Shown here one piece after another: positions 1 through 11,598 of a stretch of 64,000 nt of DNA. The stretch lies in contig JBGPGO010000010.1 of NCBI GenBank assembly GCA_041483895.1, positions 32,001-96,000 on the forward strand. Reading direction: 5' to 3'. Below the pieces are notes generated by a model that worked only from the letters and a program-made list of their open reading frames with translations, did not search any database and was not told where the DNA came from. The stretch is from Fimbriimonadia bacterium (GTDB lineage: Bacteria > Armatimonadota > Fimbriimonadia > Fimbriimonadales > JABRVX01). A program made the translations under genes and the position numbers. Every line of letters starts with the position of its first letter. Position 1 is the first letter of the stretch.

Positions 1-124
1 TGAAGGACCTTCTCTTATGCCACGTCCACCATGGCAACGCGCTGATTCTCTTGTTGGAAAAAGGAAGGAATCCCAATGCGAACTTGCGGCTGCTTCGGCT
101 GGCTCCCCGCTCGCTGCAAAAGAC

Positions 125-781
125 TCAATCTGCTCGCCAGTGAACAAAGTTGCTGAAAAACGTCTCGTGATGTACTGAACTATTTCGTTGTACGACCGCC
201 GCCACAACCATGAGTGCGCATATCAGAACGATCAGCCATCCGACAGCCTTGTACATTCCGCTGCACCTGATTGCAAGAAAGAGCGCGCAACCCAATGCTC
301 CAAGGTAAAGGGCAAATCCGATGCAGGATATCAACCACAATGCAGCCTTCACCGCAGCGACCTCAGCCCAATTCTCTGATCGCTTCGCCCTGATATCGTT
401 CCCTCTATCCATGTCATTCAGAAACTGCGGAACTTCATCATAGGCATGCGGGCTGAAACTTAGAACTGTTACGCCAACCGGTCCTTGTGACAAGTAAACC
501 GAACCCATAAGGGTGGCTATCGCAATGACAACGATCAGGAGCGGGGACCGTGGACGCTTGTCAGCGTAGGCTCGGCTTGGATCCAAACTAGGCGTCTCAA
601 TTCTTTGAGAATCCGATCGCCGGTACCAGTCAACAATCGGCGAACCATTCTGGTCCACGATCACATCTGTGGGTCGCAGAAATCCGCTGCGGCGCAACTC
701 GATTACCCGGTCCCATGTGATCGGCCCGATTTTCTCGTGCCCCGCCCGTACGATCCAAAATGACTTGTTCTCCATCGACAT
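125..781 (-). CDS. Membrane protein with N-terminal GYF_2 (DUF4339)-like domain
   Basis: N-terminal W-x6-IGP..W..V.EL...G.L.P.D pattern, followed by about three hydrophobic segments. Confidence 0.6.
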   Translation of the reverse strand: MSMENKSFWIVRAGHEKIGPITWDRVIELRRSGFLRPTDVIVDQNGSPIVDWYRRSDSQRIETPSLDPSRAYADKRPRSPLLIVVIAIATLMGSVYLSQGPVGVTVLSFSPHAYDEVPQFLNDMDRGNDIRAKRSENWAEVAAVKAALWLISCIGFALYLGALGCALFLAIRCSGMYKAVGWLIVLICALMVVAAVVQRNSSVHHETFFSNFVHWRAD

Positions 782-796
782 TTCTCTTTCCCCAGA

Positions 797-817
797 GCTG
801 GCTGGAAGCCAGCGTTA
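797..817 (-). repeat. REP-like hairpin repeat (family B) overlapping the pgk stop codon
   Basis: gctggc-tggaa-gccagc-gtta; same layout as copies at 42966, 54870 and 62851. Confidence 0.65.
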
Positions 818-1968
818 AGCGTTTTGCAGCGCGGCGACGCCGGGGAGGGTTTTGCCTTCAAAGAATTCTAGGGATGCGCCGCCGCCGGTGCTGACGTGGG
901 TCACTATGTCGGCGAAGCCGAACTGTTCGATAGCTGCCGCAGAATCGCCGCCGCCGACGATGGTGGTGCCGGGGCAGGCCGCCATCGATTCGCATAGAGA
1001 ACGGGTGCCGGCGGCGTAGGCGGCATTCTCGAACACACCCATCGGGCCGTTCCACACCACGGTCCCGGCGGCCCGGATGTGAGTGCCGAAGATGGACGCC
1101 GATTGCGGACCGATGTCGCCGCCAATTTGGTCCGCGGGCATCTTGTCGCTATCGTACGTGGTGGTCGCGACGCCGAGATCGAGAGACGGGCCGCAGACGA
1201 TGTCGCACGGCAGCACAATCTTATCCGTCCGCGCCAAAACGTCGGCGGCAAACGAAACATGCTCCGCGTCCAACAACGATTTTCCGATCTCATGTCCCTG
1301 CGCCTTGAGAAACGTGAACGCCATCCCGCCGCCGATCAGCAGCCGATCTACTTTTGGCAAGAGGTTCTCGATGACCGCGATCTTGTCCGCCACCTTCGCC
1401 CCGCCCAAAATCGCCACAAACGGCCGCTTGGGATTCGTCAAAGCGTCACCAAGAAACTTGAGCTCCTTTTCCATCAGCAACCCAGCCACCCCGGGCAAAA
1501 TGTGCGCGACCCCCTCCGTGCTGGCATGCGCGCGATGCGCCGACCCAAACGCGTCGTTTACATACAGATCGCCGAGTCGCGCCAATTGTGCGGCAAACGC
1601 CGGGTCGTTCGCCTCTTCTTCTTTATGGAAACGCAAATTCTCCAACATCAAAATGCTTGATTCGGCAGCGAGAGTCTCCACTGCAGGTCCAACGCAGTCC
1701 GGCGCGAGCGGCACGGGAACACCCAACAGCTGCGATAAACGCGCGGCAACGGGAGCGAGAGAAAACGTGGGATCGGGGGCGCCTTTCGGCCTGCCCAAAT
1801 GAGACATCAGCACAACCGACGCCCCGCCAGAGAGCAATAGCTTAATAGTAGGTATCGCTTCGCGGATGCGTCTATCATCTGTTATCACGCCGTCTTTGAG
1901 CGGCACATTGAAATCCACACGCACCAACACACGCTTACCGGTAACCGAAACATCGCGAACCGTCTTTT

Positions 1969-1972
<4 letters not shown>
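815..1972 (-). CDS. pgk: Phosphoglycerate kinase
   Basis: [39 protein letters not shown] and [11 protein letters not shown] motifs; ATG at 1972 overlaps the gap stop (ATGA). Confidence 0.99.
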
Positions 1973-2982
<1,010 letters not shown>

Positions 2983-3538
2983 TCCGCCTCCCGATTTCAA
3001 GTCGATCTGAACGCCCGGATTCTACCTCGCGAGCCCCGTTGCCCTTCGGTCATAGAGCCGGAACATTTGCCGGCGTCAAGCAATAATACTATGTTTTTAA
3101 GTTAACCAATGGCCATTGCAGGAAACCCTTTCGGAGGAACGAACTCTCTCTATGTCCTACAGCATTGCCGTGCGAGGCAGGTCGGAACAGGGATTGGTGA
3201 CCGCAGGCACATCGAAACGGCGCAGGCTGGGTACCTCGATTCGCTGCCGTCCCCACTCAACCGTGTTCGCTTAGCTTAATTTTTTGTTGGGGAGAGGTGA
3301 AGGTGTGGGCGGCTTGATTCGATATTCCTGGACTGTATGTTCCAGGCGCGATCATCGCTGGGTTGATGACGCGTTCCCACTCCCACGCAGATCCCCGCGA
3401 CATATTCATAACGGAAGCGATGGCGGATTTCACCACCGATGGCCATTTGTGCGGCAAAGGACAGATTCAGCGCTACCCGTCTTATGGACGGGTTCCGCTA
3501 GAGAAATCAGAAAACATATCAAGAAAGGTGACCAGCAA

Positions 3539-6500
3539 ATGAAACGCATCATGTTAAGCGGCATTCTCTTGGCCGTCTGTGTTGCGGCGCCCGCCGCAAC
3601 AATCACCGTGCCAGGAGACTGGCCCGATGTGCAGGCAGCTGTTATTGCGGCCAACGGGAACGGCGATCCGAGCAATACAATCGTCGTTGCGGCTGGGACT
3701 TGGCCCGCAACATACCAAGTCCACAGCACGAAAAACCTAACAATCATCGGAGCCGGTGCGGCGCTCACGACGATTGTGCCGACCGCAGACACGGGCTCGA
3801 GCGGCGACGCTCGCGGTTGGTTCCTCGCGGACGCCGGGACTTCGCTGACGATATTGAACCTTACGCTGGATGGTTTGGCCGGCACATACCGCGTCAACAT
3901 CGCGGTTCTCTCCTACGCCAACACCCTCGTACGTGGATGCGTGATTAAGAACATCCACACCCTCTACGTCGCCACCCATGATTACGCGGGCCGGGGCGTG
4001 CAAGTCCGGGACAACAATGGAATCATAAACGACTGCACGTTCATGAACATTGGTCGGATCAGCACCTATGTATTTGGCGAGAACGCCACCGTGCTGATAA
4101 CCGGCAACACATTTCTCTGCAAGGGTCAGGGCGACTGGTTGGACTACGCGGTGGAGGTCGAAGGCGATGCCAACGTAAAAGTCAGTCATAACAAAATCTC
4201 GAACTGCCTCGGCGTCGCGGTTTCCGACGGTTCCACGTCGGCGGGCATCCTGGCGACGACCTTCTTTGATGACGTCGGACCCAATGTCACAACCATTGCC
4301 GCGGAGTACAACACGTTCTCCTGCAACTCATATGGAGTCGTTGCTGGATATCCCGGCGGCGACGCCACCATCGCGTCGGTCCATTACAACAACTTCGTAG
4401 GCGGTCAGTACGATGCCGTTTATGCGGATCCGTTGATACCGATGGTCAATGCGGAGAATAATTGGTACGGAGCGGCGGATGGCCCCGGGCCTGTCGGGTC
4501 CGGCAGTGGGGACGGCGTCAGTTTGAACGTCGATTTCACCCCCTGGCAGGTCGCTTCCGTCTCCGAGTGCGGCCTTCAGGTTGACCTCAACGGCACGTAT
4601 ATGATGCCCCACAAGGACTTCGCCGAAGCTGCCACGTCAGTCCCGCTGGTGGCGGAAACAAGCAATGCGGTGTCCGCGGTCGATGCCACGTTCACGCCGT
4701 TTTCGAACGTCGTCAAGCCACCGCGGCTTCTCGCCGCGTCTCTTCTCGGGCGCTCATACGAGTGTGACATTGATCTCAGTGGGAACTGGTTCCCGCTGGA
4801 CAGCGCCAGCATCGGCGCGACCGTCGGAGTAGGAATAACCGGTTCGTACGTGTCGATCAAGAAGAGCGGTGGGAATTTCAATTTCACCCTCCGCAGCACG
4901 GACGGTTCTCTTTCTACGGCGACGTATAGCGACACGACGGGCGCCACGCGCTGGCGTGTTGAAGTGGACGTGGATGGGTCGGGCGCCTCCTCGGCATCCG
5001 TCATACCATTGAATGGCAGCGCGCCTTGGTCGATGAATTCCCTCGGCGGCATCGCCACCACTGTCACTGGTTCGGCATCCTTCTTCGTGACGATGTCTGG
5101 CAACGGCGACGCATCAGCGAAGTCGACTGCCAAGATGAAGGTCTCCGACTTCCTGACCTCGGCGGAGGACAACGTCATGTCGCTCTTCGCCGATGATCCG
5201 TACGTGAAAACGACCGAATCGATCCAGTATCGCTTCGGAATGGCGAACCTATTGCAGAACGTGTTCGGGTTCCAAGCGTTCTTAGATAACCCTTCATTCG
5301 CCGTTCAGGGGGCCCTGGACTCGAGGTCATATAGCTCATCGCCATTCCCTTCCCACATACTTCCGCCCGGGCTGGACATCGATGGCAACGTCGGATTCGG
5401 TATGCCGGCGTTCCTGCTGAGCGGAACACTGACTCATCTCAACTTCAATTCACCGGCAGTTGCCGTTGAAGGATCGGCGAAGCTCACGATCGATGTGGAC
5501 AGTGGCTCTCCATCGTTTGCCCCAACTCGATTCTCGGATGAGTTCGGCGGCAACGTCACACCTACCCGCGAGGCATCAAACACGGTTGTCGTGGACTCCA
5601 CGCTTCCCGTCCTTAGCGGTTTGACGGCGACGGAGGGCGTCACCAATGTTCTAAATGGCGTCAACCCGACGATTCAGGGCACCGTTCACATCTGTGTCAA
5701 CGCTGAGGACCTCGGGGTTGCTCCATCCGGTCTGGCCTGCCAGCCCACGATCAGCATCAACTTCCCGAGCGGTCCGGACGTGCTGAATCAGCCGATGTAT
5801 GCTGATACGGGCAACACCTTCTGCTACGACGCGACGGTCACCGCGGCCTCCGGTTGCGGGACGGCGACCATCACGATCGATGTCTCCGATGACGCGGGCA
5901 ACGCCGCCGCTCCGGCAGCCGGAACCCTCAACCTGAACACTACGCAGGTCGCGGTCACGGTTGAACTCTTCACCTTGACGACCTCCATGACTCGTGGAAT
6001 CCAGTTCGTGCTTGGTGGCACGCTTCTCTCAGGAAATTCACCCGTCACCATCAACAAGGATGTCGTGTTTACGAGTGGCACGGGCACCGTGACGCTGACG
6101 GCCCTCGACGTCCCAATTCCGTGCGGCGCCGCGTTTACGCGCATCAGCGCGAAAGACGTCAAGCACACGCTTCGCCAGAACATCGCTCTGGCAGGAGGCC
6201 CGAGCTTCACCGCTTCGTTCACCGGCTCGGATTCGCTCCTAGGTGGTGACGCGAACGGTGACAACCTAATCGACATTCTCGACTTTGGTGTCTTCGCATC
6301 GCAGTTCGGCTTCGTGCTCGGCGCGAATACACTAGTCGGGTACGTGGGCAACCATGCCGACTTCAGTGGGAACGGAACCGTGTTTACCGAGGACTACACG
6401 TTCATCGCGACGCAGTTCCTAGCCACCGGTGATTTGCCGCCGGACTTCTACGGTCCGCAGGGCACACCGAAGACGACCGCGACGATCGCGGAGCTGGTGA

Positions 6501-6625
6501 AAGCCGGCGTTCCGCTCCTCATGGCTCGGATGATGGACGCCAACCATGACGGCATTGTCACGATGCAGGAGATCTCCAACTTCATCGCCAACGGCGGAGC
6601 CAGCCGAAACGCGATTGGCAAATGA
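3539..6625 (+). CDS. Large secreted protein: signal peptide, parallel beta-helix (pectin-lyase-like) region, cohesin-like and Ig-like domains, dockerin-like/EF-hand C-terminus
   Basis: Start MKRIMLSGILLAVCVAAPA after an AAGGTG RBS; beta-helix repeats and NAENNWYG motif; GDANGDNLIDILDF...ADFSGNGTVFTEDY pair; DANHDGIVTMQE EF loop. Confidence 0.8.
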   Translation: MKRIMLSGILLAVCVAAPAATITVPGDWPDVQAAVIAANGNGDPSNTIVVAAGTWPATYQVHSTKNLTIIGAGAALTTIVPTADTGSSGDARGWFLADAGTSLTILNLTLDGLAGTYRVNIAVLSYANTLVRGCVIKNIHTLYVATHDYAGRGVQVRDNNGIINDCTFMNIGRISTYVFGENATVLITGNTFLCKGQGDWLDYAVEVEGDANVKVSHNKISNCLGVAVSDGSTSAGILATTFFDDVGPNVTTIAAEYNTFSCNSYGVVAGYPGGDATIASVHYNNFVGGQYDAVYADPLIPMVNAENNWYGAADGPGPVGSGSGDGVSLNVDFTPWQVASVSECGLQVDLNGTYMMPHKDFAEAATSVPLVAETSNAVSAVDATFTPFSNVVKPPRLLAASLLGRSYECDIDLSGNWFPLDSASIGATVGVGITGSYVSIKKSGGNFNFTLRSTDGSLSTATYSDTTGATRWRVEVDVDGSGASSASVIPLNGSAPWSMNSLGGIATTVTGSASFFVTMSGNGDASAKSTAKMKVSDFLTSAEDNVMSLFADDPYVKTTESIQYRFGMANLLQNVFGFQAFLDNPSFAVQGALDSRSYSSSPFPSHILPPGLDIDGNVGFGMPAFLLSGTLTHLNFNSPAVAVEGSAKLTIDVDSGSPSFAPTRFSDEFGGNVTPTREASNTVVVDSTLPVLSGLTATEGVTNVLNGVNPTIQGTVHICVNAEDLGVAPSGLACQPTISINFPSGPDVLNQPMYADTGNTFCYDATVTAASGCGTATITIDVSDDAGNAAAPAAGTLNLNTTQVAVTVELFTLTTSMTRGIQFVLGGTLLSGNSPVTINKDVVFTSGTGTVTLTALDVPIPCGAAFTRISAKDVKHTLRQNIALAGGPSFTASFTGSDSLLGGDANGDNLIDILDFGVFASQFGFVLGANTLVGYVGNHADFSGNGTVFTEDYTFIATQFLATGDLPPDFYGPQGTPKTTATIAELVKAGVPLLMARMMDANHDGIVTMQEISNFIANGGASRNAIGK

Positions 6626-6636
6626 GATCACCCAAA

Positions 6637-6661
6637 GGCGGCGGGCACTCCGCCCGCCGCC
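6637..6661 (+). terminator. GC-rich intergenic stem-loop without a U-tract
   Basis: ggcggcgggc-actcc-gcccgccgcc, perfect 10-bp stem. Confidence 0.55.
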
Positions 6662-6694
6662 TAAGGGATAAATTCTAAGGGAGGTAACAGCACA

Positions 6695-9600
6695 ATGCGT
6701 AGTTTTGCGACGATCATCTTAGCCGCGGTGTGCGTCATGGCTTTGGCACAGAAACCCGCGCCCGGGATCGGCAGAGTTCCGGGTGGGCCTGCCAAGCGCC
6801 TGACAATCGCGCTTTCCACCAATCAACCGCGCACACCCGGTCCGATCACCCTCTACGATAACAACAATATTTCAACGGGATTTTATTACTACGATCCGCC
6901 GAATTATGCCGCGGATGATTTGCATATGACAGCGGGTGGAATAATCAATGGGTTCTCATTCGGTTATTACGATCCGCCGACAGACGGTGCCGTGACATCG
7001 GCCGTGATAAGCTTTTGGAACAACGACCCAGCGGACGACCCGCCCACCGGGCCAATCCGAACCTTTACCGTCGGCGTTCCCGCGAACGGAGCATACATCG
7101 TCACAGTAGATCTGTCCGGCGGGTTCGAGTTCACCGCGCCGAAGGACATCTGGATGTCCGTCCAATGGCCGGGCTCCGACGCGGGCTGGCTCATCTTCGG
7201 CCCTCCATCCGTCGGCGCAACCCACGATCTCTTCTATCGGTTTCCGGGCGGCGGGTACTTTTTCTTCGGCGGTAGCCCAAAGGCCAACTTCTGCGCCGCG
7301 ATCTTTGGGGCTCCCTTTGGTCCGTGCCCCCCGTGTGACTACAACAGCACGTTCAACCAGTTGGGAGATCATGAGACGGATGCCTTTGGGTGGTATTACG
7401 CCGTCGTAGGCGGGGTATTTCCGCCGGGCCATACGCTCAATGGAGACAATGCCTCAGGCGGCACGATGCGGTATCTCCTCGATGATTCAATATGGGGAGC
7501 GTATCCGCTCGACACATGGAACAAGGACGACTGGTTCTCCGACAACAGCAGCCTGGCGCTAACCCTAAAGAACGGCCCTTCAATTGTCTACGACAACAAC
7601 GGGCTGGAAACCGCAACATATCCGCCCGGATTCTACACGGCGCCCAATCACGGAGCATACATCGGTTACTCGATGTCCAACAATTTCGACTGGATCTACT
7701 CCGGGTGGTTGATACTGACAGCTCCAACGACCTTTGACCAGTTGAACGGATACTTCGACGAGCGCGGCATCGGTCCGGCGTTCGGGGTACCCGCCTTCAA
7801 TCCCTATTCGCCAAACATTCGGTATCGAATGAACATCTGGTCGAAAGTGACAGGCGACCTGCTGCCATTCAACACGGGCAGCTTTGTGGGCGATGTGTTG
7901 ACGAGCGACATGGGTTATGCTTCCTCCCGAACCGGCGCATTTTCATGGTCGGACACGGGCGTCGATCGCGTCGGCTCATCGCTGACAAGCAACATATTCC
8001 GGCTTAAATACAAGCTGGACTCGCCCGTCACGTTACCGGCAGGTCAATACTACTTCAGCCACGATGCGGTCATCGTCGAATGCGACATGCCCGTGGACTT
8101 GAGCGGGACATACTGCTCCCCTTCCGGCGTCAGTGCCGTCGGCCGGTGCGATGCGACGACCGATCCGGCGGGGGTGACGTACGCGCCGGGGCAGAAGGTG
8201 TACGAAGAAAGCGGCAGCCTACTCGCGCAGGATGCGACGTATACTCCGTTCTCCGATGGCCTCAAGCCCCCTGTTTCGCTCACAGCGGACATGGACGAGC
8301 AGTGCTATGATTACGACGTGGACCTCCACGAACTAAGCAAGTGGAATACGGGGCTGACGACCAACTACTTCACGGGTGAGTATTTCACCGTCGGTCTCGG
8401 CCGAAACGTGCGGTGGACCACGGCGCAAGGTCCCGAGGTGTGGACGACCTTCTGGCGGCCGCAAGGGCAGCCGGGGTTCCGGATTGAGCTGATGAGCGCG
8501 GTTCCGACCGCCCCACCGGCCTCCTATCTTTACTACCAGGCGCCCGCGGACGAGTCCCGATTCCGGATCTGTGTCTGCATCAATGGCGGCCTCATCGCCG
8601 CACAGATCACCGCGCTCAATGGAGCGGGCGCAGGCCTGTCACACATCATCGGACCGATGCCACTCGATGGCGCGGATGACGTTTCGAACACCGGGTTCTT
8701 TGCGGGCTTCCGCAGCTACAGTCTGGAGAACAAAGCGCTGGCTACGATTAGCGGATTATCCACGTGGGCAAAGCCGAATGCTCTCTACCTGTATTGCGAT
8801 GACCCGTATGTGAAACCGGGCGAAACCGCTTACTATCGCATGGGGATGGCCGCACTCGATCAGCCGACGTGGGGATATCAGGCGTTCCTGTCCAATAGCA
8901 ACCCCGCGCTGCAGACGCTGAGTTTCCGCGCTTATACGGGGTGGCCGTTCCCGACGAAAAACATTCCCACCATCACGGACCCGCCGCTTGCCATGTCCGC
9001 GGGAGTTTTTGGCTCGCTGGCATCACCCGTGCAACGCAACACTACCCTTGTGACGCTCGACTATACGACGATCGGCCAAGGCATCGGGTCGCTGGACTTC
9101 CGATCCAACAACCCGCCGACCCGGTTCTCCGATGCGAATGGCAACCCCATCAACCCCTACACACAGAACTCGAACCTGGTGTTGAGCGATGGAGTCGCGC
9201 CGAGTCTCAGCATCGTTTCTGCCAAGCAGGGCGTGACGAACATCATCGGCGGCACGGCCATTCAAGGGCAAGTTGACATTACGGTAAGCGCCGCCGACCT
9301 GGGCGTTGGGATCCCTAACATCGGCTCTGGTCTCGCCTGTCGGCCGGTAATCAAGATTGATTTCTCGCCGCCGGGGCCCGGACCGGAAGACGTGACTTTG
9401 GACACTTTCTCCGGTCCCGACAATCAGTTCATGGCAAAGTACACCATCGTGCCAACGACTCCATGCGGGCCCGCCACAATCACGGCGACGGCGACGGACA
9501 ACGCGGGAAATTCCGCGTCCCAATCCGCCAGCTTCAACGTCAATACCGCCCAGATCACTGTCAACTTATCGCTGACTCTTGTCGGGGCGACGATTCAACG

Positions 9601-10219
9601 AGGCATCGAGTTCACGGTTGGCGGAACATCTGGATTGAATCCCCCGATCACCTTCTGCAAGAATGTGAACTTCGTATCCGGCGCGGCTATGGTTGTGCTC
9701 AATGCCTTCGACGGCATTTTGTGCGGCGCGGCGTTCACGAGAATCGGCGCCAAGGACACCTTGCACACGCTTAACCGCACGGTGGCGTTGGTTCCTCTCG
9801 GCAACAGCCAGTTCACCGCGGCAATGGCGCTCGCCGGTGGGGACGCGAACAACGACAACCTGATCGACATTCTTGATTACGGCGTCTTCGCGTTCAAGTA
9901 CGGTACCAACTACGGGACGGGAGATACGCCTTGTGGAACGCTCCCGCCGCATCCGGACTTCAGCGGCAACGGCATCGTCGGTACGGAGGACTATACGTTC
10001 ATCGCGACGCAGTTCCTTGCTATAGGAGATGCCTCGCCGGGGAACTATGGTCCTATCGGCACACCGAAGACGACGGCGACGATTGCGGAGATCGTCAAAG
10101 CGGGCGTTCCCCGTATGATTGCTCTGCAATTCGACGCAAACAAGGATGGTATCGTTACCATGCGGGAGATCGCGGATTGGCTGGCTCACCAGCCGAAACC
10201 GCGCGAGATACAGCACTGA
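6695..10219 (+). CDS. Large secreted protein, paralog of 3539..6625 in its C-terminal half (cohesin-like, Ig-like, dockerin-like, EF-hand) with a different N-terminal region
   Basis: GGAGG RBS and signal peptide; shared motifs DDPYVK, PTRFSD, SGLAC.P, CGAAFTRI, GGDAN.DNLIDILD, TEDYTFIATQFLA, GTPKTTATIAE. Confidence 0.85.
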   Translation: MRSFATIILAAVCVMALAQKPAPGIGRVPGGPAKRLTIALSTNQPRTPGPITLYDNNNISTGFYYYDPPNYAADDLHMTAGGIINGFSFGYYDPPTDGAVTSAVISFWNNDPADDPPTGPIRTFTVGVPANGAYIVTVDLSGGFEFTAPKDIWMSVQWPGSDAGWLIFGPPSVGATHDLFYRFPGGGYFFFGGSPKANFCAAIFGAPFGPCPPCDYNSTFNQLGDHETDAFGWYYAVVGGVFPPGHTLNGDNASGGTMRYLLDDSIWGAYPLDTWNKDDWFSDNSSLALTLKNGPSIVYDNNGLETATYPPGFYTAPNHGAYIGYSMSNNFDWIYSGWLILTAPTTFDQLNGYFDERGIGPAFGVPAFNPYSPNIRYRMNIWSKVTGDLLPFNTGSFVGDVLTSDMGYASSRTGAFSWSDTGVDRVGSSLTSNIFRLKYKLDSPVTLPAGQYYFSHDAVIVECDMPVDLSGTYCSPSGVSAVGRCDATTDPAGVTYAPGQKVYEESGSLLAQDATYTPFSDGLKPPVSLTADMDEQCYDYDVDLHELSKWNTGLTTNYFTGEYFTVGLGRNVRWTTAQGPEVWTTFWRPQGQPGFRIELMSAVPTAPPASYLYYQAPADESRFRICVCINGGLIAAQITALNGAGAGLSHIIGPMPLDGADDVSNTGFFAGFRSYSLENKALATISGLSTWAKPNALYLYCDDPYVKPGETAYYRMGMAALDQPTWGYQAFLSNSNPALQTLSFRAYTGWPFPTKNIPTITDPPLAMSAGVFGSLASPVQRNTTLVTLDYTTIGQGIGSLDFRSNNPPTRFSDANGNPINPYTQNSNLVLSDGVAPSLSIVSAKQGVTNIIGGTAIQGQVDITVSAADLGVGIPNIGSGLACRPVIKIDFSPPGPGPEDVTLDTFSGPDNQFMAKYTIVPTTPCGPATITATATDNAGNSASQSASFNVNTAQITVNLSLTLVGATIQRGIEFTVGGTSGLNPPITFCKNVNFVSGAAMVVLNAFDGILCGAAFTRIGAKDTLHTLNRTVALVPLGNSQFTAAMALAGGDANNDNLIDILDYGVFAFKYGTNYGTGDTPCGTLPPHPDFSGNGIVGTEDYTFIATQFLAIGDASPGNYGPIGTPKTTATIAEIVKAGVPRMIALQFDANKDGIVTMREIADWLAHQPKPREIQH

Positions 10220-10237
10220 TAAGAAACTCGGGAAGGT

Positions 10238-10261
10238 ACCGGGAGCGCTTGCGCTCCCGGT
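10238..10261 (+). terminator. Intergenic stem-loop without a U-tract
   Basis: accgggagcg-cttg-cgctcccggt. Confidence 0.55.
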
Positions 10262-10289
10262 CACCCTCCAATTTGTGAGGGAGTGACAT

Positions 10290-11255
10290 ATGATGCGAAT
10301 TAGATTTGCCACAATTGCCGGAGGGTTGCTGGCATTGGCCCCATGCTTTGCCAATATCAATCTTGAGCTGCGACCGATCACGCAGACGGCATTTGTTGGG
10401 AACACGGTCAGCGTTGGCCTATACGCCGTTTCCGATAACGGCTCGAATCAACTCACGGCTGCCATGGACGTGGTTGTTATATGGGACCCCACGAAGCTGA
10501 ACCCAATCAGTTTTTCGAACTCCGGGGCCGGATATTCCTGGTTTCAAAGCGGATTCCTTTACCCAGGCGGCGCCAATGCGAGCCTGAACGACGGGGATGC
10601 CGTTTGGACGGCCTTTGCCGCACCGGGAAGCCCCGCGGCCGCTACGCCCGCCGGCTTATTGGTGACGACGTTCAAGTTTCAAGCGATTGCGGCGACCCCC
10701 ACTACAACTGTACAGCTTCGCCGAAGCTACTCCCCCTATATGACAGTCGTCTATGACGGCACGACGCCCAACACCGACGTGACCGGTACGCTGACAAATG
10801 CCGACGTGACCATACTGCAAACTGCCACCGTAAAGGGCCACGTGGATTTGGAGGTATATGAGGGGCCGCCGGGAATCGGCGCGTCGTTGGAATTCCGCCA
10901 ACCCTCAACGATTACGGTCCTTCAGTCGGTACCAATCACCCTTGACGGTGCGGGCAACTATACGGCGCCAGGCGTGATCGTCGGAACGTATGATGTCGCG
11001 GTCAAGTTTTCCAACTGGTTGCGGCAGGTGAGACCAGGGGTCGTGGTCACCAATCCAACGACGTCCGGAGTCGATTTCGCCCTGACCAACGGCGATGCGG
11101 ACGATAGCAATAGGGTCGATCTCCCCGATCTTAATGAAACGTTCGTCAACTTTGCGAGCCCGGGCGGTCCCGGTGATGTCACCCACAACAATTCGGTGGA
11201 CCTAGGGGATCTGAATTTGGAGCTTATCAACTTCGCGATGACCGGCGATTCCTAG
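10290..11255 (+). CDS. Secreted cohesin-like domain protein with C-terminal dockerin-like domain
   Basis: Signal peptide; cohesin-type pattern VG.TVSV.L...AMDVVVIWDPTKL...LLVTTFKFQA; GDADDSNRVDLPDL and GDVTHNNSVDLGDL repeats. Confidence 0.8.
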   Translation: MMRIRFATIAGGLLALAPCFANINLELRPITQTAFVGNTVSVGLYAVSDNGSNQLTAAMDVVVIWDPTKLNPISFSNSGAGYSWFQSGFLYPGGANASLNDGDAVWTAFAAPGSPAAATPAGLLVTTFKFQAIAATPTTTVQLRRSYSPYMTVVYDGTTPNTDVTGTLTNADVTILQTATVKGHVDLEVYEGPPGIGASLEFRQPSTITVLQSVPITLDGAGNYTAPGVIVGTYDVAVKFSNWLRQVRPGVVVTNPTTSGVDFALTNGDADDSNRVDLPDLNETFVNFASPGGPGDVTHNNSVDLGDLNLELINFAMTGDS

Positions 11256-11269
11256 GAGTGGAGTCCCTA

Positions 11270-11498
11270 CAAGGGGACCGCGGCGATGCGGTCCCCTATG
11301 ATTTCTAGCTGCGGATCGCCGGGGTATGAAGCGTTGGCGCCGGGGTCTGTCAGGTCGTTGACCGCGACCACGTTTAGGTCGAGTACTGAAGGATGGTGCG
11401 CAGGGAGAGCCTCCCGATGCGCCCGAACCCGTTGATGCCGATTTTTGTAGCCATTCCGCCTCCCGATTTTCAGGTGAAATTGTGGCTGGATTCTACCT
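11270..11498 (-). pseudogene. gap: Degenerate copy of the gap 5' end and upstream region
   Basis: 11331-11498 aligns with 2852-3027; ATG at 11454 gives MATKIGINGFGRIGRLSLRTILQY, then a 7-nt deletion frameshift; VVAVNDLTDPG.NA continues in another frame. Confidence 0.9.
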
Positions 11499-11598
11499 GA
11501 CACGCGAAGGAACGAACTCGTCCATTGCAGCTGGACACTTGGGCCCGGTCGTGGTCAACAACTTTGCAATCCGTTGCTGGCGTGTCATAATTTGGCAA

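Noticed and set aside
1..124. Possible end of an ankyrin-like ORF (LLLEKGRNPNA) at the window start
   Set aside because: Too short and truncated to support.
3030..3538. Long intergenic region between gap and the surface-protein operon, with small hairpins (e.g. about 3469-3499); considered as a c-di-GMP or c-di-AMP riboswitch
   Set aside because: No riboswitch consensus could be matched beyond a few bases; needs an Rfam scan.
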